NCBI GenBank assembly: GCA_963758525.1
Contig: CAVWVQ010000003.1
Coordinates: forward strand, 1,856,001-1,920,000
Reading direction: 5' to 3'
Length of the DNA: 64,000 nt
Source of the DNA: an uncultured Phycisphaerales bacterium
GTDB lineage: Bacteria; Planctomycetota; Phycisphaerae; Tepidisphaerales; Tepidisphaeraceae
Shown here: piece after piece, positions 1 through 9,628 of the stretch
Layout: the number at the start of each line of letters is the position of its first letter
How positions within the stretch are numbered: the stretch's first letter is position 1
The notes under the pieces: model-generated
The model's input: the letters and a program-made list of their open reading frames with translations, nothing else
The model's database searches: none
Told to the model about the DNA's origin: nothing
Program-made: the position numbers and the translations under genes

Positions 1-1231
1 GCGGTTTGCCTGCGTTGAGCATCAGGCCGGTGCGGATGACATTTCCGTAGACGCCGCCTTTGCCGAGCAGCACGCCGCGGCGCTTCGCTTCTTCGAACAC
101 CGCGGTGACTGCCGCGGGAGCCGGCTCCTTGGTCCTGGGATTTTTCACCAGTTCGATCGCCTGCATCATTCCCATCCCGCGGGCGTCGCCGATCAGGGGA
201 TGTTTTTCCTTCAACGCTTTGAACCGCTCGCCGAGATACGCGCCGGTGATCTTGCAGTTTTCGAGCAGGCTCTGTTCTTCGATCACTTCGATCGTCGATC
301 GAGCGGCAGCCATCGAAACGGGATTTCCTCCGAAGGTCGCGAAGGTGATGCCGGGAAATTTGTCCGCGACGGCAGGTGTTGCGATCGTCATGGCGACCGG
401 TGCGCCGTTCCCCATTCCCTTGGCCGACACCATGATGTCGGGATTGACGTCCCAGTGCTGAATTCCCCACCACTTTCCTCCCGTGCGACCCCAGGCGGTC
501 TGCACTTCGTCGGCGATGTAGAGACCGCCATACTTGCGCGCGATGGCGACCGCACGCTCGAAATAGCCGGGCGGCGGAACGATAAATCCGCCCGAGCCGA
601 TGATTGTCTCGGCCATGAACGCGGCGATCTCGCCGCCGGTCTCGGTCTGAATCAGCTCTTCGATGTCGTTGGCGCACTCGAGCCCGCATGCGTGCGGCCC
701 GGGCGCGTTAAACGGACAACGATAACAATACGGTGCATGCGCGTGACGGATCCCCGAGACGGGCAGCGGAATTTTCTTCCATCCGCTCTGCCCGCACCCG
801 GCCAGCGTCTGCAGGCTCCGGCCGGAATAGCTGTGACGCAGCGTGATGATGTCCATCCGCCCCGTCGCGACTCGGGCAGCGTTCATTGCCGTCTCGTTGG
901 CTTCGGTCCCGCTGCTGGTGAAGAACGTCTTCTTCAAGTCGCCCGGGGAGATCGACGCGAGCTTCTCGGCCAGGTTCGATTGCTCCGCGTTGGCGTAGAG
1001 CGTTGAGGTGTGGCTGATTTTCTTCACTTGCGCGACGATCGCCTCGACTATTTTCGGATTGGCATGGCCGACGCTCACGGTCAGCACGCCGCCAAAGGCG
1101 TCGAGATATCGCTTCCCCGTGTCATCCCAGACGTAGTTGCCGTCCCCCTTCACCAGAGCGATGGGCTCCTGGTAGTACATTGCCACGGCGGGAAAGAGAT
1201 ATTCCTTGTGTTTGCGTACGGCTTCACTCAT
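1..1231 (-). CDS. Class-III PLP aminotransferase (beta-alanine/omega-amino acid transaminase-like); 3' end runs off the window
   Basis: Manually translated from ATG 1231: MSEAVRKHKEYLFPAVAMYYQEP...YLDAFGG...SVGHANP...YIADEVQTAWGRTG...SAKGMGNG...ATFGGNP. These are class-III aminotransferase motifs; the frame is open to the window edge. Confidence 0.92.
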   Translation of the reverse strand, partial: MSEAVRKHKEYLFPAVAMYYQEPIALVKGDGNYVWDDTGKRYLDAFGGVLTVSVGHANPKIVEAIVAQVKKISHTSTLYANAEQSNLAEKLASISPGDLKKTFFTSSGTEANETAMNAARVATGRMDIITLRHSYSGRSLQTLAGCGQSGWKKIPLPVSGIRHAHAPYCYRCPFNAPGPHACGLECANDIEELIQTETGGEIAAFMAETIIGSGGFIVPPPGYFERAVAIARKYGGLYIADEVQTAWGRTGGKWWGIQHWDVNPDIMVSAKGMGNGAPVAMTIATPAVADKFPGITFATFGGNPVSMAAARSTIEVIEEQSLLENCKITGAYLGERFKALKEKHPLIGDARGMGMMQAIELVKNPRTKEPAPAAVTAVFEEAKRRGVLLGKGGVYGNVIRTGLMLNAGKP

Positions 1232-1536
1232 GTGCGGTCTTCCTGAATGTGCGATCCGTGTCACGGCCGAAGTGAGTTCGATCAACGTAATGTCTGAGGA
1301 GCGATAGCGGCCTCGCCAGCGCAAGAATCGAACATGAATTCGCCGGGATCAGACGTTGCAATGAATACCGGTGCTTGTGTGGTCCCGGAGGCGCAGGGCA
1401 GTTGGATTTCGATTCCGCTCAGCGCCATTGAGCGTGCGGGAAACTTGGCTAGCATAATGACGTTCGCTCGGATGTAAAGATTTTTCCGAGTTCTTCGGAG
1501 TTTTGGGGCGTCCTGATTACGCCGGAGCTATTTATC

Positions 1537-3087
1537 ATGCCGTCGCCCGCTTCGTCAGCCGTCTCGTCGGTTCCGACCGCAGACAATCCAACTCCTCCCC
1601 CCGCCGTCCCGATGCTGATTAACGGCAAGTGGATCACAAGCGGCAGCGCCCGATGTTCGGAGGTTTTCAACCCCTCCACCGGGCAGGTCATTGCCAAAGT
1701 TCCACTCGCTTCGAGCGCGGAGGTGGATGAGGTCGTTCGCGCGGCGGCCGCCGCGCTTCCTGCCTGGACGGGCACTCCGGTGGTCGAGCGCTGCCGAATC
1801 ATGTTCCGCTTCCGGGATCTGCTGAACCAGCGGTTTGATGAACTTGCCCGGCTGGTCACGCGCGAGCATGGTAAAACGCTGGTCGAGGCGCGTGCCTCAG
1901 TGCAACGGGGGCTGGAAGTGGTTGAGTTCGCTTGCGGCATGCCGTCGATGCTGATGGGGCAGTCGCTGCCTGATATCGCCCGTGGCGTTGATTGTGAAAC
2001 AGTGCGGCACCCAGTCGGCGTCTGCGTGGGAATTACTCCCTTCAACTTCCCCGCGATGGTTCCGATGTGGATGTTCCCAGTGGCCATTGCCTGCGGGAAT
2101 ACGTTCATTCTCAAGCCGAGCGAAAAGGTTCCGCTCTCGGCCAATCTGATCGGCCAGATCCTCACCGACGCCGGCTGCCCGGCGGGCGTGTTCAACATCG
2201 TGCATGGCGACAAGGAAGCGGTGGACGCGCTGCTGACACACGAGCATGTCGCGGCGATCTCCTTCGTCGGCTCCACTTCGATTGCCCGATACGTTCACGA
2301 AACCGGCACCCGCCACGGGAAGCGCGTGCAGGCGGCGGGCGGAGCGAAGAACCACCTGATCATCATGCCCGACGCGGATCTCGGCCAAGCCGTGGCCGCG
2401 CTGCAGGCGTCGGCTTTCGGATGCGCCGGCGAGCGCTGCATGGCCGGGTCTGTCGCGGTGCCGGTCGGCGATGTGAGCGACCATCTCGTCGATGCATTGT
2501 GCGAGACTGCCGGCCGAATGAGCGTGGGGCCCACCGACACCGGCGCCGCGGTCGACATGGGCCCGGTCATTACCGCGGCACATCGCGATCGCGTGGCGGG
2601 GTATCTCGACATCGCCAGCGGCGAAGGCGCGGCCGTCGTCCTCGACGGTCGGCAGAACCTCCCTGCCGGACCAGGCTTTTTCCTGCGTCCCACCGTAATC
2701 GACCGCGTCGAATCCGGGATGAAAGTCGCCACCGAAGAAATCTTCGGCCCCGTCCTCTCGGTCATCCGCGCGAACTCACTGGAACAAGCCCTGGAGGTCG
2801 GCCGGCGCAGCCCCTACGGCAACGGCGCGTCGATCTTCACGAGCAGCGGTCACTCCGCCCGGCAGTTCAAGCAGCATTTCAACGCGGGGATGATTGGCAT
2901 TAACGTCGGTGTTCCGGCACCAATGGCCTGGTTCCCGTTCACCGGATGGAACCAGTCCTTCTTCGGCGACCTCCACGTGCAGGGATCGGAATCGATCCAG
3001 TTCTACACGCGGCAAAAGACCATCACCACGCGATGGTTTGCCAGCGCCGACGAGAGCCATCAAGACCCGGTATGGCGGCAGAAGTGA
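1537..3087 (+). CDS. mmsA: CoA-acylating (methyl)malonate-semialdehyde dehydrogenase
   Basis: GITPFNFPAM, LKPSEKVP, FVGSTSIA, GGAKNH, AFGCAGERCMA (catalytic Cys), EEIFGP and YGNGASIFT. Confidence 0.93.
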   Translation: MPSPASSAVSSVPTADNPTPPPAVPMLINGKWITSGSARCSEVFNPSTGQVIAKVPLASSAEVDEVVRAAAAALPAWTGTPVVERCRIMFRFRDLLNQRFDELARLVTREHGKTLVEARASVQRGLEVVEFACGMPSMLMGQSLPDIARGVDCETVRHPVGVCVGITPFNFPAMVPMWMFPVAIACGNTFILKPSEKVPLSANLIGQILTDAGCPAGVFNIVHGDKEAVDALLTHEHVAAISFVGSTSIARYVHETGTRHGKRVQAAGGAKNHLIIMPDADLGQAVAALQASAFGCAGERCMAGSVAVPVGDVSDHLVDALCETAGRMSVGPTDTGAAVDMGPVITAAHRDRVAGYLDIASGEGAAVVLDGRQNLPAGPGFFLRPTVIDRVESGMKVATEEIFGPVLSVIRANSLEQALEVGRRSPYGNGASIFTSSGHSARQFKQHFNAGMIGINVGVPAPMAWFPFTGWNQSFFGDLHVQGSESIQFYTRQKTITTRWFASADESHQDPVWRQK

Positions 3088-3089
3088 AG

Positions 3090-3272
3090 CGCCGCTCCCT
3101 CCTCTCAGGAGGCCGCGGAGACTGCTCCCGCAATTACTGGTGAAGCCTTTTAGAGCGTCATTTGATTGGCGCACGGGAAACTACGAGTTGGCTTTATGGA
3201 GGCGCGCGAGGCGGTCGGTCAGATCGCGCACCTCGGCCGGATTTTCTTGTATTCGACGGCGGTCGGGATCAT
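3090..3272 (-). pseudogene. Degenerate small ORF remnant (MIPTAVEYKKI..EVRDLTDRLARLHKANS*..KGFT)
   Basis: Coiled-coil-like reading interrupted by a frameshift and an in-frame TAG, directly downstream of the putative antitoxin. Family assignment is from recollection only. Confidence 0.3.
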
Positions 3273-3288
3273 GGTTGGATCCGGCGTT

Positions 3289-3540
3289 TCAGGGCAGCGC
3301 CACCGCGTCGGCGTCGATCTCGATTTTGGCGGTCGCAAAGCCGGCGGCTTGGATTTGGCCGATGGCAGAACGGAACGCCTCTTCCAGTGAAACGGCCTTG
3401 CGGTCGAAGTGGACCCAGGCGGTGCCGTTAGACGATGCCGGCGTGCCGTCCTGGCAGCCCGCGTGGAACAGGGCATCGGCCTGGTCGTCTGTGACTTGCG
3501 TCGTATCTTTCAGCACTACGTTAAATTCATAAATCTTCAT
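3289..3540 (-). CDS. Small HicB-like putative antitoxin (83 aa)
   Basis: MKIYEFNVVL...DALFHAGCQDG...VHFDRKAVSLEEAFRSAI; GGAG Shine-Dalgarno 5 nt before ATG 3540; lies after a HicA-like gene. Confidence 0.6.
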   Translation of the reverse strand: MKIYEFNVVLKDTTQVTDDQADALFHAGCQDGTPASSNGTAWVHFDRKAVSLEEAFRSAIGQIQAAGFATAKIEIDADAVALP

Positions 3541-3788
3541 AGCGGCTCCATGGATACTGCCAGCGGACTCGTGCGGACAGGCATTCACCATCCGCCGAAG
3601 ATAGGCGACGTGGTGTTCGGGCACGCGGGGCGTGCCATACACACTGACGATGCAACCGCCGCGCACTGCGCGGGACAAAACAGCCGGCCCCACGCGTGGG
3701 CACGCGAACCCGATTTAATCAGCCGCCAGCCACTATCCAGCGCATAATCGATCGCTGCCCGGATGTGCTTGTTCGGGTGGTCGTTCAT
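3541..3788 (-). CDS. HicA-like putative toxin; frameshift ~3665; reads in frame into the downstream antitoxin
   Basis: MNDHPNKHIRAAIDYALDSGWRLIKSGSRAHAWGRLFCP joined to RGGCIVSVYGTPRVPEHHVAYLRRMVNACPH. The GW...xH pattern resembles HicA. Confidence 0.55.
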
Positions 3789-3890
3789 GAATCGGGCCGT
3801 TGATATTACGGGGCGCGCCTTTTGGAAACAACTTGCGCACGCCGCACCGAGAAAACAACGGAACCCAACGCCGGCATTGTAAATTGGCAA

Positions 3891-5149
3891 TTAGTCATCA
3901 CCATCTCTGAGCATCCAATGGATCGTTCTCTCGGCTAGATGATCGAGCGCGCGAACGGATAGCTCGATGTGTTCTTCTTTCGTGTCTTCAATTTTGTTAT
4001 GGGAGATGCCGCGCAGGCTCTGCACGAAAAGCATGACCGTCGGCACGCCCGCGCGAGAGACTTCCGCGGCGTCGTGAAGCGGACCGCTCGGCAGCCGATG
4101 GGAGATGCCGCAAACTTCTGCAATCGACTGATCGGCCATCGCGATCAGGTCGGGGTGAAACGGAATTGGCGGAATATTCCAGGTCTTTTGCCAGGCAACG
4201 TCGATCTTTTCCTCGACTGCGATTCGCTCGCTTGCTTCGCGGGTCTCGCGGAACATCGCGGCTAGTTTCCCGGCGTCGAGGTGGCGGAGGTCGAGGGTCA
4301 TCTCCGCCTCTCCGGCGACAGCGGTGACGATGCCGGGGCGGGTGACGACCTTGCCGACGGTACCGACGCCGCCGCGCCTGATTGCGATTTCGCGGACGGC
4401 CAGGTGCAGTTTCGACACACCGCCCAGCGCATCGCGCCGATGCGACATCGGCGTCGAGCCGGAATGGGCGGCCTGGCCCGTGAACGTGATTGCGTGGCGC
4501 TCGACGCCAAAGGTTCCCAGGACAGCGCCCATCGGCAAGCCAAGGTGCTTGAGCACCGGGCCTTGCTCGATATGCAGTTCCAGATAGGCGGCGGCGTTGC
4601 GAAGTTCGGCGCTCGCTTGCGGCGCCAGATCGAGATCGACGCCGTGCTGCTTCACCGCTTCAACGAGCTGAACGCCGGCGCGGTCGGTCAAATGCCGCAC
4701 TTCATCCGGCACCAGCGTCCCCGCCGCCGCGCTGGATCCGAAAAGGCTTCGGCCGAAGCGTGCTCCCTCTTCGTCCGCCCAATCCACGAGCCGGACTGTC
4801 ACCCCCGGCGTGCCTTGAGCGGCAATCCTGCGCAACACCTCCAGCCCGCCAAGGACATTCAGGCATCCATCGAGCCATCCGCCGTTGGGAACAGAATCGA
4901 TGTGACCGCCGATCAACAGCGCGCGATCGCTTTTGCCCCGCAAGGTCGCCCACAGATTGCCGGCCGGGTCGTTGTGCACCTCCACCGGCAGCGCCGCCAG
5001 CTTTTCCCGAAGCCATTTGCGGGCAAGCACCACGTGGGGGTGAACGCGACACGCTGCGCGCCGTCGGCATCGCCGGTCAGTTCGCGCAGTTCCTTCAATT
5101 CCTCAACGGTGCGTGCTGGCGAGAGAATGCCGTCGAGTGGCGTTGTCAT
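3891..5149 (-). CDS. M20-family Zn-dependent amidohydrolase (beta-ureidopropionase/N-carbamoylase-like); frameshift ~5030
   Basis: GGHIDSVPNGGWLDG, DEEGARFG, YLELHIEQGP, GQAAHSGSTPM, SGPLHDA, GISHNKIE. N-terminus is in ORF 4913..5149. Confidence 0.9.
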
Positions 5150-5273
5150 TCAGTGGTACCGGATCGGTCGCGGTCAGCCGGTTTGTCAGGCAAGCAAGGG
5201 AGAATGGCCGACGAACAGAATAGTACCGGAACTCCGCGGGCGAGAGAAAGTGCTGTTTGCCTTGAAATCAACC

Positions 5274-8200
5274 TCACTTTGCCGCTCTTGCGGGGTTCTG
5301 GGTCGGGGGATAGAAGCTTCCTGCCTGCGACGCGGCGATCCGCTCGATCTGATCGCGCGGCACGGTGGACGGCTTCACCAGGCACATAAAGCTTTCCATT
5401 TCCTGCACATCATTCTCGACCCCCATCACGAAGTGGCCGCGTGATTTTCTCGCGAGCTTGTCGGCAGTGTCCCCGAATCTGGAACGGAGTTTGTCAATTG
5501 CGGTTTTTGTTGTGAGCTTCCCGGCGAAAGTGGTGGTGATGTTGTCGAGGGCTTTATAGTCGAAGTCGCCGACGTTCTGACTTGCGAGCATCACGCCGAC
5601 GCCCGCCGCGCGGCGCGGCGCAGCAGGTTTTCCATGCCGGGTTTGGTCACCGGCTTGCTCGTGGCGGGAATGTAGAGATCGGCTTCGTCGAACATCAGCA
5701 GCGCCTGCAGCCGGCCGTCGGGGGAGGGAAATTGCTGGATGAAGCTTCCGGCCGCGGCCAGAAACTGCGCGATCCAGGCGAGCGACGAGTCACCTTCGAG
5801 AAATTGGGTGCAGATGATGTTGAGCGGCACCTTTCCGAGTCGGGGCTGCAGAAGCATGCGGGGCAGATCCACTTTCTCGCCGTCGTCGCTGAAGAGGCGG
5901 CCGTGCGCAACGCGCCGCTCGTTGAGGCGCCTGCCGACCTCCTCGCAATGTTTGGCGCCGTGTGCCGGCAGGCGGCCCAGCAGTTCCTGCGGCGCGCTGA
6001 GCAGCAGATTTTCAAGGGCGTCGAGGTTGTGCGACATCGGAGCGGTGCAGAGCAACTCGATCGCCTTCGAGAGCACGGTGGCGAACATGTCGGTCTTGGA
6101 CGGCGTTGCGGCGCAGATGTGACAGAGAATCATTGCGGCCTGGCGGGCCTGCTCCTGCCGCTCGTGTTCGTCAACCTTGCTCAGATCGGCCGGCAACAAC
6201 GGAAGCACCAATGGTCGACCGGCAGCGGAGCCGGGCGTGTAGAGAGAGATATCGAGCCGGTCGCGGAGCGCGCGGCGGCGCTCTGTTTCATCGGGCGCTT
6301 CGGTGTCCTGCGTCCAGGCTTCCTCGACCGCATACGTCGCCAGATCACCTTTTCGATCGAAGAGAATGACGGCCACGCCCCGCTCCAACAACCTTTCCAC
6401 GATGTTCAGGGCCAGCACGGTCTTGCCGCTCCCATTGGCGCCGAAGATGGCGGTGTGACGGGTGAGTGACTGGGGATCGAGCGTCACCTCTGTCCGAAGG
6501 AAGCCATCCGATGTGCCGATTGCGAGCGGGCCGGTCGATTGCAGCGGAACAAATCGAGGCTCCGCGGAAGCGAAATGCAGCCGCTCGGCCGGCAGAAGCA
6601 GGCGCTCTGCTTCGGGCGATGCCTCTGGCACTGCCTGGGCGGTGACGGTCGCAGCGCCCGCTGGATCAGACGCCGTGTCGACTACTGTGGCGGACGCTTG
6701 GGTCGCGGGAACCTGCTGCAATCCGCGCCGCTGGATAATGGCGTGAAGCTCCGGAAGTCCGGCAAGCGGCATATCGCTCTTTCGCCATTCCGCGACGATG
6801 TCCGGCGCGAACTTCGCGGCGTGCGATCCCAGGAAGTCGCGCATCGCCTGCATGGTCTGCCAGCATGGCTCGTCTATGACCTGACAGACGCCGCCCGATT
6901 TGCGCAGCTCCGCGAGGTGTTGAGCAAGCTTTCCTTTGCCGGGGAAACGGGTGCTGCGGATGACGACCACGCCTTGCTGGGGCGAGGTGCGGAGAGCCTC
7001 CAGCGTGGTCACCTGCTTGTACAGGCCATTGCCGCGAGCGTCTTTTTCGCAGAGGCCGATCAGACGCCGCAGGGGCGGATCGCCTGTCCGATTGAGGGAA
7101 AACGAAATCGGCGAAATGCCGCCGGCGGTGGCGAGCGAGGCATCGATCATGATGGTCGAGCGTTCGGGCAACTCATTGGGCAATTCGCCCAATGTCCACC
7201 TCAGCAGATCGAGATGCGCAGCCTCATTCTCGGCGACTTTGTGCTCGCCGGCGGTGCGAAACTCATTCCACGCGAGCCGCAGGCGGTCAACGTCTTCCGG
7301 CTCGGGTGAGATCGGCCGGACGATGTCCTCCTGCTTCCATTCCACGATCGCCTTGGCGCGATGACACGCATGCCAGTATCGGTGAACCTGCTGAAGCACG
7401 TCGCGCAGGTGTTGTCCTCCCAATCGTTCGGGGAGATTCTCCGGCATGGGATAGACCGAATCGGGCGGGACGTGCTGCAGCCCCACCCCTTCGTACAGGC
7501 CTTTCAGCCGGCGGGAAACGATCTGGCGGATCTCCTGGGAGCTTCGCGCGGCGATGAGCACGACGGGGCTTGGCTCGTTCTCAATCCGATGACGGTACGA
7601 CGTGATCAGATGCGGCGCGTGGACTTCGTATGCCGAATCGAGGCAACTCAGCAGCACCATCATCTTCGGCACATTCTCGATCAGCTCGCAGGCGCTCCCC
7701 ATCGCTCGCGTGAACGGGTCGTGGTTTTTTCCCGTGATGTCGCTGGCTTCGATCTGATCCACGCAGATGACCAGGGGCGAGCCGAGCGCGGCGACGGTGA
7801 TGTGCGCTAATTGTCCCAGCAGGTGCATCGGCTCACGGTTGCAATCAGGCGGTAGCGCGGCAAGCGTCCGCCAGTCCATGCCGCTGAGCGGCTCCCCATT
7901 GAGGAAGCTGCTCACGCGGCGCTGAATCGCCTTGCGATTGCTTTGCCGATACAGGAACGCGCGCAGCGTGTCCAAGTCCACGTCGGCGTAACGCACGCGC
8001 CCGTTCTCGTCCTTGGCCTCACTGAGCACATCGGCACATTCGTTGACGAGCCGTGCGAGCGATTCTTCATCAGCGTCCCGGAGTTTCTCCGCCGCTTCGT
8101 GCTCCAGTCCGGAGGATTCGGCGAGCGCGTCGCTGATCAGGTCCAGCGCACTGAACTGTTCCACCTGATCGGAAGCATGGAGATAGGCATCCGACAGCGA

Positions 8201-8541
8201 TCTGACCACCTGCCGGAGCAGATATTTGCGGTAGTCGCCGTGCTCGCTGGTCATGTGAACGTACGCGATGACACCGCGATGCTGGCGGTGCGTCTGCGCC
8301 CGCAGCGCAGGATCAGGTGGGTCTTCCCGCAGCCCGCTTCTCCCTTGATCAGCAAGACCCTGCTGACGCTTCCTGCGCGGACGCCGTCGAGCGTGGCGTT
8401 GAATGCCTCGCGCGCGCCAAGGTGAAGTTCCTCGACGTCGAAGGGATCGGCAAACGCGATCTGCGTCCCCTGCACCACCGAACCCAGCACCTCATGGCCG
8501 CGCTCGCGAAACACCTCGTCGCGACAATCGACTTCATCCAT
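5274..8541 (-). CDS. ~1089-aa double ATPase: N-terminal AAA+/STAND-like P-loop fused to a C-terminal HerA/VirB4/FtsK-like (DUF87/DUF853) ATPase; frameshifts ~8307 and ~5610
   Basis: Walker A GEAGCGKTH with Walker B VICVDQIE; second module HTAIFGANGSGKT, ILFDRKGD, YTPGS, LLMFDEAD, MLASQNVGDFDYK. One-base repairs join ORFs 8251..8856 (from ATG 8541), 5591..8254 and 5274..5594. Confidence 0.85.
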
Positions 8542-9625
8542 GGCTTCCCCCGGTATTGCTGACGCGGATGTAATGAAATCGCGATGCGCCGGTCCTGACC
8601 TCGGAATCGCTGAAATCCTGCGCGCGATCTTCCGGGATGAGATCCTCCCGCACGAGCACAAGCTGAGTGCCGTTGACTTCGGAGAGGTTCTGCTTGAACC
8701 GCTCCAGCGGAAGCGGCCCGTAGGTCCGCTCATATTGGCGCCAGGCATAATGCACGAGCACCTTGTCGCCGAGATTTGAAACACCGGCCCCGCCCACATG
8801 CGCGACCGCCTGGGCGGCGGCCAACGCCTGGCGGGAGAACGTGGCAGGATCGGCATACGAATCTGCGTGAGCGCCGAGCCCGGCCGGATCGAGTGGCGGC
8901 GCGGACGGCGTCGGAGCCCTGACGCCCAGCCATCGCTTTACGACGGCGAACTTGATTTGCTTCGCCTGGCAGTGATCCAGAATTTTGCAGACGACTGCAG
9001 CCAACAGCTGGTCGAGTTTTGCCGCCTTTGTTTCCGGTTCTCCCAACAGCGGACCGACTACAAGCGCTGGAAGCACGCCGTCCGTAAGCTTCTTCAAATA
9101 GATTCTATCCGTGGGCACGTGCGACATCCGCGACAGGGCAAGTTTCACCAGTTCAAGCTTTGCAACATCGAGTCCGCGATCGAGCGGAACCGGCAAATCA
9201 AGCTGTTGGATGCAAACGGCCAATGGGAGCAACGCGGTAAACGTCTTCTGAGATTTCTTGTCGGTCTGCGGAAGCGGCAAACCGCTGGCGATTGCCGGTA
9301 ATTCATAGGTGCTGATCGATCCGAACGGTCTGGTGCTCACCGGAAGACTCGTTCGTCCCAACCGCCGACTCACGTACGCCTGCCCCGATTCGGTGATTTT
9401 GAAACTGGCCTTGGCGGTTTTCCTCGCTGGCTGGATTCGCTCCGCGCGTGCCGATGTGACCAGTCGCTCGAGCGCCGTTGGCGCAAGGCTTTGGGCGGCG
9501 CCTTGCGGCACCATCGGCTTCATCGCGGTCGCCAGCGAAGCCGCAGTGGCCGGCTTGCCCGTCTGGCACCACAGCCATGCCAGTACCACAAGCTCCAATC
9601 GCTCTTCGTTGACTTCGCTCTGCAT
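8534..9625 (-). CDS. Hypothetical protein with predicted N-terminal winged helix and a C-terminal wHTH-like domain
   Basis: ...ALERLVTSARAERI...FKITESGQAYV is a typical wing followed by ITxxG; GGAGG SD; stop overlaps the ATPase start by 8 nt. Confidence 0.7.
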   Translation of the reverse strand: MQSEVNEERLELVVLAWLWCQTGKPATAASLATAMKPMVPQGAAQSLAPTALERLVTSARAERIQPARKTAKASFKITESGQAYVSRRLGRTSLPVSTRPFGSISTYELPAIASGLPLPQTDKKSQKTFTALLPLAVCIQQLDLPVPLDRGLDVAKLELVKLALSRMSHVPTDRIYLKKLTDGVLPALVVGPLLGEPETKAAKLDQLLAAVVCKILDHCQAKQIKFAVVKRWLGVRAPTPSAPPLDPAGLGAHADSYADPATFSRQALAAAQAVAHVGGAGVSNLGDKVLVHYAWRQYERTYGPLPLERFKQNLSEVNGTQLVLVREDLIPEDRAQDFSDSEVRTGASRFHYIRVSNTGGSHG

Positions 9626-9628
9626 TAT

